A DNA stretch of 61,924 bases, counting the filler, from Bonamia ostreae (taxonomy: Eukaryota): the NCBI GenBank assembly GCA_040357525.1. It is 25 parts of 25 records of this genome, joined end to end, with 100 filler letters (N's around TTAATTAATTAA, not from the genome) between each part and the next. Parts side by side here need not be neighbours in the genome. Positions count along the whole stretch, not along the records: positions 49,725 to 52,086 come from JBDODL010000879.1; positions 52,187 to 54,546 come from JBDODL010000880.1; positions 54,647 to 57,006 come from JBDODL010000881.1; positions 57,107 to 59,465 come from JBDODL010000882.1; positions 59,566 to 61,924 come from JBDODL010000883.1; 20 more parts are not named here. One strand, 5' to 3'. The translations under genes were made by a program, and so were the position numbers. The notes under the pieces were generated by a model. It was not told the origin of the DNA and searched no databases. It saw nothing but the letters and a program-made list of their open reading frames with translations. Positions 52,042 to 61,924 of this stretch are shown here, piece after piece. Positions within the stretch are counted from its first letter, which is position 1; the number at the start of each line of letters is the position of its first letter.

Positions 52042-53367
52042 TTTTAAATTATATGAGTTATCGCTAAATTCGCGCGCTTTAAAATGNNNNNNNNNNNNNN
52101 NNNNNNNNNNNNNNNNNNNNNNNNNNNNNNTTAATTAATTAANNNNNNNNNNNNNNNNNNNNNNNNNNNNNNNNNNNNNNNNNNNNGTTCGTTATCTTCA
52201 CCTTTCATTGAATAACATTAGATCTAAACATAACGATGAATGTGATAGAAAAGTCCAGAACTTTGCAAACGGTGACAATTTGGATTGTAAAATATTTGTT
52301 AATCATCCAAAAGGATTCAAATTCGTCATCCAAGAATTTACCGGGTGCGCTTTTATGACTCCGATTTTGTACAAAAAAGTAATCAAGAAGTACAATTAAA
52401 GAGTAAAATTTTAATATTATAAAATATTTACTCTACTTTGTATAACTTTACTCGACAAACATTATTTTTTTAACCATGAATAGTTTTTCTTTATGCGAAA
52501 AAATGACGTGTCTACGCAATGTTACGCCGCTTTGGAGGCCAACGGTAAAATTGTAAATTGAAAAGAAAAAGAAGGAGTTGAACATATGCTAAAATAATTT
52601 TCCACTCATTGTTTGTGGTTTGATATGATTTATTTGCCACTCGTGTACTTTTTATCCTTCACCAAAGCACAGGGATAGAAAAACACAACTTGTTGGATAT
52701 AAATTATATCAAACCATAAACCATCGATAATCCTATGTCTGAATTGATATTTATAAATAATTCGTTCGTTTTGACTAAAGGAGCATATAATTATATTATG
52801 TGAACTTAAATCATACACGCGTAACTAATGAAAAATTAAATGATTTTTACTCACTTTAAAATTATGGCCTTTTCATTGTGCATTCTTCATAGAATTTATA
52901 AGTTTTACATAGATTGTGACTACAGATTATTCCATTAAACTGACCAAAATATAGGTTAACAGTAAGTTTGACCGGTCGACAGAGGTGGGAGGCTTGGTAG
53001 GCGCGTGTGGGGGTGTCGGTGGTGTGGGGGGGGGGGGGGTGGCGTGTGGGGTGGGGGAGGTGGGGGGTCGGGNNNNNNNNNNGTCCGTGCTTACATGTAG
53101 CTTACTTTATTTTTGAATTATTAGAATGATCAGTTTTCGTTATCTTCATGTTTTCATTATCATGGAACACTTTGATAGATTCTGTATTTGATGATATTGG
53201 AATCCTTGGAATATTGCACGCGATCAAAACAAACATAATTGACGTGTGCTTTATACAAGATTTTGTCTCTCTGAAGGGTTTCAAGAGCTTCATTTGAGAC
53301 AACTATTTTGACTTAACGATTTTGCTATTCGTGATTGAAATGTTGATATAATGCATATTTGTATAAG

Positions 53368-53675
53368 GAGAAACCAGTGCAGGGAAATCAACGTTGGTCA
53401 ACAAAATACTAGGAAAGGAAATATTCAAAGGCAGAAATATCGAATCCACCTCTACTATTTGTAAGATACGAAACTCTGACGATGTTCGAATAATCACAGA
53501 ACATACAAACGGGGAAAACAAATTAATTTCTTTACCAAGTGATTGTGACCTGGACACCGCGGGAGGTGAAAAGAAAATGAGAGATACTTTGAAAAATCTG
53601 ACAGACCTGACTGCATCTAAAGATTCCAAACAGTTCCGAAGTGTGGATATTGGATTTCCTATATCATTTCTCAAG
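53368..53675 (+). CDS. Dynamin-like GTPase N-terminal exon (animal host-like)
   Basis: AG/GT-bounded exon with P-loop GETSAGKSTLVNKILG, G2 TSTIC and VDIGFPISFLK. Confidence 0.8.
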
Positions 53676-54010
53676 GTGAATTGCAATAAAAAGCATCCAA
53701 AACAAATTGATTGATTCATATTCAAGGGAGCATTCAAAATAGTAATTGAATTGCAGACTATTACTTTTAATACATGCAGGCTAACAAGTGCACTGTTTGG
53801 TCCCAGATTCTTGCAAAAAGATGTATTTACTCTTATCAATAGATATTTTATTATTTATAATAGGTGGTGTCAAATAGTTCAACTTGTATTTGAGTAGGGA
53901 ATCTGCATCATTTATTTTTTTTTAAAAACAAGAATACCATTATATGAGTTGTAAAATCAAATCATAATGTCTACCAGTTTGAAAAGTATTCGCTTTGTGT
54001 TAATCATAAA

Positions 54011-54142
54011 CCTCTTATGCACTTGATACAACCTTTGGTGTATCCAGGGGTCGGTGTTTNNNNNNNNNNCCCAACTCTTAATTGTGTATTCTCTATAGGA
54101 GTTATAGAATTGATCAGTGCTCGTTATCTTCACTATTCATAT
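54011..54142 (+). repeat. Dispersed host repeat, copy 1 (fragment also at 52187-52208)
   Basis: gcac.tgat..tggtgtatccaggggtc..ataggagttat..tgctcgttatcttcac is shared with 58042 and 59311. Confidence 0.8.
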
Positions 54143-57100
54143 ATTATGCCAAAATTCGAAACAAAATATGTTGATGTGTCTATCAATGGTGCGATGACTA
54201 GTTTTTGAAGCATGTGTTATTCACACAATAAACTCTTTTGCGTTATTCGTAATGAATGACACTTTAAGTTATATTGTGTCACCAGCTTCAGCCAAACAAA
54301 ATGTGATGATAAGTCAACAAGTAATACTTATTTCAAGTTTTAAACGTATATACGTATTCATAGTTAATATTGCAATCTAACCTGATTAATGATGAAATGA
54401 AGATGGAAGTTTTCAGTTTTGATATATTTTTGTATTGAGTGCATCTTCTTCACACGTGATCAGAAAGAAAAAGAATGTCTATAAATTGTGACACCCGTTC
54501 ATCTTTTGCATGCATAAGGACACATCAAATTAAACTCATTTTGCTANNNNNNNNNNNNNNNNNNNNNNNNNNNNNNNNNNNNNNNNNNNNTTAATTAATT
54601 AANNNNNNNNNNNNNNNNNNNNNNNNNNNNNNNNNNNNNNNNNNNNGTACGGATGTGATATATACATTTACATGTATTAAGATCTACTTTTACACATACG
54701 TATTATTATATTTCATCATGGACAGTAGAGATAATTATACCTGGTTATGACTAAAAGATATGCAATATCGTTGAATTTCTATGTAAAAAAATGTTTCAAT
54801 TATACTTCCGTTTGTTAACAATGCCATCCAGGGCACTTGATTGGTCAATAAAATATATTGTATATATACGTGACCCATATCCTACATTCACCTATACATG
54901 CATCTACATACTGTATCAAATAAATATTGTAGAATACCTTTTCCTTTGGAAGACCGTGATTTGTGCTCTCCATCAGAGAAAATGACGCTGTCGTTGATAT
55001 TAACATTATGATGGACACGTATCTATACGTAAGTCGCCAATCCATCATGAAATCTTCAATTCTTGTTTCTAAAAAAAAAAATGTGACATCCTCAAAATTT
55101 TTTGGGATGTTTTCAAAATTTAATTGTTTGTGACGAAACTTTCGTAATACTTTTGAGCACATTTACTTTCTTTTGTAACTTGAACATTACATATGAATGA
55201 TTGCGATTATTGTTATCCATCTTGTACTCGTGCACTTTATTCTCCAAAATATAAACTTAAGGTAAAATCGTCTATCAACAATATTGTCATATCATTTGAT
55301 GTTTTTTGGCAAAATATGTCAAATTTCTTGAGATATAGTGTTATCTGCTTTGTAAACCTAAAAGTAAATTTAAGATAACACTTCATGTTTATTCTATACA
55401 TTCACTTCTGTAGGTGTAATCAGTGTGAATGTTACTTTGTAACTAATTGTACAGGTATGCAAAAATTATTTCCCTTAACTGTATTCCTCATACATAAATA
55501 TAATAAACATTGTCGTGTTTTCATGTTTTGCAAAATATACTCTTGGTTCGCATTTATGAAAGAATAATCTGTTTTAAAATGACCCCTAATGTTATAATCC
55601 TTTATATAGGTCTGGTCATATTGTACAATTGATTTAGACATGAGACTTCACCACTTGTAATGTATTATTATTAATTGTATACATGTATATGTAACTTGTT
55701 TCCCTGAGAATCAAACTTTTAACCAAACACAGGGGGAAGGGGCCCTGCTTAAATAAAGCTTAAATAAGCATGCTAAATTAATATTCGTTCATACCTAACA
55801 AAGAAAATTAATACTGAAAATTAAATATGAAAACATCACGGTGTATCTGTTTCTGTGAGTACTCTCTTTTTCAATTAATATTCTGCAGTAAAATTCACTT
55901 TCATTCTCTTCTTGTCTTGTGATATGGTAGAAATATCATTATTTTGAATTGTTTTACTCAATATTTTTATATTCCTAAACCCTCATAGAGAGCAATCATT
56001 GCAATTTTTTAATTTACATGTTATAATTTTAACAGGTGGCTCGCACTTTACGAACCATATTAATTTACGGTAAACAACCAATAACGAGTAAGACGATAAA
56101 GAATCGTACCAAAACGTCCAGTACTGATATACGTAATACAGACATTAGATTGTTCCGACAAATATTACCCTGTATATAGTTTCATAGGTAGGAGTAAACT
56201 ACGAGTATAGCAACAAGATTTCTAATCAACAGTCGTACTTACTAGACATTGTAGCATGAACTTCCCAGTCCAAAAATAAACTACTCTGTCGTTATACATT
56301 ATGTATCGTTATATATAAATATATGTACATTTTGATTGGTCTTTATTTTTAGTATGCCGATTTTCCAACATTGCATCACTGTTTCTTTGTTTGGTAGTTA
56401 GGGATATCCATAATGTAGGAGGTAAAAGCTGTGACCTCATACCATATTTAAATATTATTTTATTTGTTAGTTATGTACGTCTCTCACAAAAGTGTTAAGA
56501 ATTTTTGTTTGATTTAATTGATAGTGATTTATATACATTGTATATAACTATATTTTTAAAATTTTATAGTTATTGGGAAATACGTATGTAACTATGGCGT
56601 GATGACATGTACATGTAATAATTGATACGAACAAGTGGGTGACCATCTAATCGAATATATAGAATTTATTTTAATCTGATTTTATACCTGACGTACATAA
56701 TTCACAGAATTCAGGGGCAATGAAAAGTTTAATGTTACATTGCCTTGATATTAATCATATATGATGATAATGCTATTTTGTTCATTTCCACAAATATCTG
56801 GTGTGCCTACACAACTTAGTCATATCTCTGCGTCTTAATCACGATCTGGACGAGATATTTCAAATCTTAATCACAAAATCACTTTACATTCAGTAACATA
56901 TTTGGGGTTTACTTTTAATAGAAACAGAAAAAAATACAACATAAATCTTCCTTTCCGAAATCACTTAAACATTAAACATTAGGTTTGTTTAAGATGATAA
57001 ATAAAANNNNNNNNNNNNNNNNNNNNNNNNNNNNNNNNNNNNNNNNNNNNTTAATTAATTAANNNNNNNNNNNNNNNNNNNNNNNNNNNNNNNNNNNNNN

Positions 57101-58041
57101 NNNNNNTATCTTTTACACCATAAGATGTGTACCTCTTATATTTGATATGTGTAATCCTTGTTGCATTGACAGCAACATCCTTAGCACGGTGACCTTTAAA
57201 TTTAGAAAAGTCTAATATAAGCCATACCTTTTAAATCGTACGACATCGCTTTTAAAAGATGAACAAAATGCAAATTACTTCACATTCTCAATATCACTAC
57301 AAGGATTTCAACTATACAGTCTTGCAATTCAATTTATTGGAATCCGGGGACAAGGACATCAGTGTTTCACAAAAACGTTTTGTTTTTTGCTTAAATAAAA
57401 CTTATATGAAATAAATATAAAGATAAAAATATAGTCAGTGATATACTTATTTCCATTATACGAGATATTTTCATGGCTTTAATCCTTGCAAGGGTTTTCA
57501 TATAATCACAGCGCTTGCCAATCTATATCGTTTCTCTGTCAACGTCTGGTGAGATTTTAAAGATTCTTGTAAATCGGTAAATATGATCAAATAATATACT
57601 GTTTGATTTTCAGATGTGAAGTTTTTCTGTAACACAAGGAGCATTGTTGAATTTTATTGAAATTTCGATATTTTTCGATTTCACTATAGGCCCTTCTAGA
57701 TATGTATTGTAATGGAAAATTTAATAAACACTATAAGTTGCTTACCGTACATCCCGAAGTTGCCTTAAAGGTTTTTAGTTTAATCGACCGTTAATGCGGA
57801 TTCACATGTGGAATAACATTTTTGATTTTGACAAAGGTATATCTGGTTGTAAGGAACGATACATCAGGGTAAAGGTTTGGTCCCTGCACCTACGTTTGGT
57901 CTAAACTATGTTCTTTATAAATGAGCAATCATTGTCTCCAAAGCTGCATTTGATCTCAAACACATGGAAAGAGAGAGACTCGAAATTTTTCATGGGATTT
58001 ATACCCACTAAAATGAAAATAAACAGTAGATGTTTACTTAT

Positions 58042-58157
58042 CCTACGCACCTGATCAATTGGTATATCCAGGGGTACTCGTTACCACAACTTTTAATTAT
58101 ATATTTCTTATTAGATTTATTAGACGCATCACTGCTCGTTATTTTCGCCTTTTCATA
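58042..58157 (+). repeat. Dispersed host repeat, copy 2
   Basis: gcacctgatc..tggtatatccaggggt..atcactgctcgttattttcgccttttcat. Confidence 0.8.
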
Positions 58158-58632
58158 TAGTAGTGGAAACGTGTGTCCCTGATCTCTCGAGGCCAAATGC
58201 TGTCTTTGCTTACTTTACTATCTAAATGTAATGACTTTGAAAATCTTAGGATGAGGGAAATATGTAGACTTTAATTTTATTTTTCACTAACCGGAAAACA
58301 ATGACCACACTTGCATGGGATCGAACTTATGAATTGGTCACTTCTTGTTCCGGGCGATTCGTTTTCCTTCATGTATAAATTTTTACAAACTTTAGAAGGG
58401 ATCTTGTTACCTGCGGGGGTCTTGAATTTTTATCTGTTTATTTGATAGTGCCCCGTACCCCTGATGAATCCGTTACTGGAGAAAGAGAATAAGATATGTT
58501 TAAGTGGATTAAGCAATGAGCTGTTTACAGAGATAAAGTAACTCCAAATTCCAAGCTGGATCTCTCTACATGTAATTACGTCATAATAACACTACATTCA
58601 GTATATATCAAAAGTGAAACTAGTTTGCTAGT

Positions 58633-58866
58633 TGTATATTATTTGACATCCCTCGCAAGCGTTTTCCACTCACATGGAATCGTCACTATTGCCGGTGAAA
58701 GGGTACATACTTTAGGTATATACTTAGTACTTCGGCCTTTGAGTAGTGATGGATCACTCCTGTTGTGACAGGGGTTCGGTGTTTGTGATCTCATCCGAGG
58801 GAACACCCCATTTAGTCGCTTATCAGGACAACCAAGGGGGGAAATATTTATTTTAACCTGGATTCC
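58633..58866 (-). mobile_element. Decayed bivalve SINE-like element
   Basis: cactcacatgga..cgtcactattgccggtgaa..ggcctttgag..tctcatccga..ccccatttagtcgc matches, from memory, a common oyster SINE read in reverse. Confidence 0.65.
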
Positions 58867-59310
58867 TAAATATGCTTGGATATTGAAGGCTTTTTAAAGA
58901 CTGATCTTTAGAGAAATTGAGACTATTTTAAAAACTGCATATGGTGTTAATGNNNNNNNNNNAATGTATCTCCACTGATTCGATAGACACATATTAGTTT
59001 TAAAAATCATAGAAGACATCTGACAAGTTGATATTATTAATATTATAGTTTTAACAGTTTTGTTTCGAGTCAACATTTTGCAAATGTGTTGTCGTTATCA
59101 CGTATTCATTAGTACGACCTGTAAGTCGGTTTAATGCTGTTGGATGCTTTTCATGCAAATTGTTAGTCAGTTCTGTACACACTGATAGGGGACAGTTAAT
59201 ATCCATAGGCACCTGAAGAATGTTCAGCAGAACGTGCAGGCGCTAATTCTCGCCTCTAGCCCCAACGGATTATACTTGGAATGTTCATGTGCGCCCAATC
59301 GGTTGAACAG

Positions 59311-59415
59311 GCACTAGATCCCTTATCTGGTACGCCCAGAGGTCCATGTTTTCCTTACCATTAATTTTACTTTCTGTATAGGAGTAATGCCATTAATTAC
59401 TGTTCATTATCTTCT
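59311..59415 (+). repeat. Dispersed host repeat, copy 3 (more diverged)
   Basis: ggcactagatccc..tctggtacgcccagaggtccatgttt..ataggagtaatg..actgttcattatcttc. Confidence 0.7.
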
Positions 59416-59565
59416 TATCGTGTTTTTATTTTGTACAAATTGTCTATCTGAAATTATCCACAAACNNNNNNNNNNNNNNNNNNNNNNNNNNNNNNNNNNN
59501 NNNNNNNNNTTAATTAATTAANNNNNNNNNNNNNNNNNNNNNNNNNNNNNNNNNNNNNNNNNNNN

Positions 59566-60110
59566 AAAAAGTTATTTGATCACAATTCAATATTTTATCG
59601 ATTTCGATTTAGACGACAAACTTTATTTTTGACTTTGATCGGTTTCTTTTTTTTGAGGTTTTCGACAAGATATTTGGCGGCGTAAGACATTGGCTGTGTT
59701 ATAAAATTCGTGTGTTTGACTAGAACATCCCCGCCATTTAGCACGATAAAGTAGATGAGCGGGTAATCGAGATAAACGATCAACGCTTTTTCGCCTTTTT
59801 CCCCTAATTCGAATTCATGGCCGACCTGTTTTTAGTAATCAAACATCGAGCATGTTCCACTCCTCATAGCGCTGAAACTCTAAATTCATAAAATTTAGCC
59901 AATGAGTTTTAATGAAGGAGCAGGATTCAATTCGTCCTACAGTCCTCGCAAAGAAAACTTTGCAGCGCAGCTGAAGCGCGTTTTGGAGGAAAGGAAATTT
60001 TTGCAGTACAAACACTTAATTTCTGTTTGGAAATATGTCGGCGAGAAAACGACGATAACTGTTTATCCCATTTTGCAGGAAATCGCAAAACTCTTTTCAG
60101 GTCTAATTGG
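59566..60110 (-). CDS. Hypothetical protein, multi-exon, partial
   Basis: 22-nt and 19-nt GTTT..AG introns join a continuous frame ..AALQ|RRIESCSF..WNMLD|VGHEFELGEKGEKALIVYLDY. Confidence 0.5.
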
Positions 60111-60462
60111 GATTAAATTGCCACAAAGCTTCATTCAGATTTTGTGTTCACTAAAACGACATTTGCGATTTTGCTTAATAACAAAGTAGTCTCTAACGCT
60201 CAAGATTATTTTGTTTAATGCAGCAAAATTTTTGATATTTTTAATCAAGCAAAAGACATTAACTACTCCGGACTTATTTTGATATATTTGTTATATAATT
60301 TAAGCTTTTAAATGACGTTTAATTTAATAAAGGCATAGAATGGTGCGGAGATTACGGCGGTCTGAAGGTCGAGTACGAACAATTTGTTCCGGAAAAGTTC
60401 AAAAAGGAGTATCGTCGAGTGATGTTTGGCGGTTTTGAATTGCAAAACCAAAAAAATTAGAG

Positions 60463-61830
60463 ATGTCCACGAAACAGTCGTATTTCGACCCCAAAATCAA
60501 AAAAGCGGCGCTCAACTTGGAGAACCTGTCGCAGCAGGAATTGGACGTTTTTATGAGCAATCCCAATACTTCCGTTTCTCTGCGAGATTCCGCCTTTTAC
60601 CGCTTCTTCGATGTCGAATATTTGGACGATTCCGAGTTTTGCCAATTTTTTTCGTAAAAGATTAAACCGAAAATATAAAGACGGAATTGCGAGAAATGGG
60701 ACCGAATGCCGTTGGTCGCAAGGCGGATTCTTTGCTTTGACCTCAAATCAGTCACGGAAATGTCGATCTTTCTGCGCAGAGAAACGATCGAAATCGTGAG
60801 ATCGCTCGGGACTTGCCGCCATTGGCCCGCGAAAATTTGTGTCGCCGCGGAGACGAACGAGATTCTGCGTTCCAACACCGAAAATTTGGCCAACACGTCT
60901 TTAGACAACTTCCAAAACCTGAAAAATCCCACTTCGCAAATCGGCGGCAAAAACGATTTTAGTGAAAAAGCTTCGGATCGCCCCGCAGAAAAATCAAATT
61001 TGGAGGACTTGAGCGAATTCCGACAAAGAAGTTCGGTCAATTCGGACTCGTCCTTCGATCTGAGCGATCTGGACATCGACGAAGAAGACGAGGAAATGCA
61101 GCAAAAACTTCGCCGCTTCGAAGAAGAGGTGCTCGGCGTCGCGAAAACGGACAACTCGAAAAACAACATCGCGGACTTGATAAAAAAGTCCGGCAACAGA
61201 ACGGATTCGGCAAATGCCAACAAAACCGATTCCAACAACCAAAGTTCGACTGAAGCGACCAACGAACCAAAAAAGTTCGAAAGTGAGAAATCCGAGAAGA
61301 AGGGCCGAAAATGTGGCAAAACTCGAAGAAAACGAATGTTCGAAAGAGATGAAGCCGATTTGGAAACGGAAAATCTTGTGAAGGCGGAGATTTCCAGCAA
61401 AAGATCCCATCGCCGAGGTCCACTGGTTACACACAGCGACGAAGAAGACAAAAGCGCAGTCGAAGACTTTGCGCAGAAAAACGCAGACGGAAACGATTTT
61501 GCGCGCAATTTCAACGCCGAAGATTTCATTCCCGATTTTGAAGAGGAAGACAGACTCGACTTTGTGCAACAATACAATTCGTCCGAAAACAGACCGCAAC
61601 CGGATCTTGGCGCGACCGGCGCCGCAGAGCAAACACAGAAGGAAAAAACTAAAGGATTTTTCAACGAAAACGAGGTGAGGAACTATGTCGAGGCGTCTGA
61701 TCACAATGGCGACGTGAAAATGGCGGAAGATTTTCGGGGAAAAGAGGAAGATGCGATTGAAGTGAAGATTGATCGATTGGAGGACGAAGAAAATTGGAAG
61801 AGATCTTTGAAAAGAAATGCGCTCATTCGA
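60463..61830 (+). CDS. Hypothetical protein with long acidic low-complexity region, partial
   Basis: 385-aa ORF joined to the 60463 ORF by intron 60636-60680; GC-richer coding-like composition. Confidence 0.65.
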
Positions 61831-61924
61831 ACCGTTTATTTTTGTTTTACAACTTTTTTTTAACAAAAATTGAAAATATTTTGTAATTTTTTGTTTTGAA
61901 AACTTTTATTTGAACAAAAATTGA

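Noticed and set aside
53000-53072. G-rich tract / G-quadruplex
   Set aside because: Sits next to a gap in a host-like contig; likely a simple repeat or poly-G sequencing artefact.
54647-57006. Short ORFs in contig 23
   Set aside because: No motifs or consistent exon structure; non-coding host-like DNA.
59700-59830. Resemblance to the F1 ATPase alpha N-terminal barrel
   Set aside because: Similarity is too weak to call by eye; left as hypothetical.
60597-61866. Long antisense ORFs (355 and 290 aa)
   Set aside because: Shadow frames of the acidic plus-strand gene; the same effect is seen opposite PRP22 and RSM22.

Overview
This window is not contiguous DNA. It holds about 25 short contigs (~2.36-2.40 kb, in decreasing length order) joined by artificial 100-nt spacers (N-run + TTAATTAATTAA + N-run). 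About 19 contigs come from a very AT-rich, gene-dense unicellular eukaryote and carry recognisable genes (RPB1, PRP22/DHX8, SEC31, SPT5, POP1, STT3, AFG1, RSM22, ABCB10-like, TYW1, NDK, PCC1, IES6, PSMA6, DNAJC25, IPMK, cis-prenyltransferase, P4-ATPase, RhoGEF). About 6 contigs look like animal host DNA, probably oyster (Ig exon, dynamin-like GTPase exon, decayed BEL/Pao element, SINE-like repeats). My inference is a parasite-plus-host assembly, such as a haplosporidian like Bonamia. The most striking feature is the splicing system: very many 19-31 nt introns with GTTT donors and often A-rich AAG acceptors, frequently with self-complementary ends, plus GC-AG introns and long introns inflated by minisatellites. 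Other leads are an NDK lacking its Kpn loop, a possible pseudokinase-KEN protein, a torsin/LAP1-like pseudo-ATPase, a lineage-specific NCKDP gene family, Sushi-like surface modules and a structured intergenic element. All gene calls come from motif recognition by eye; no searches were run.
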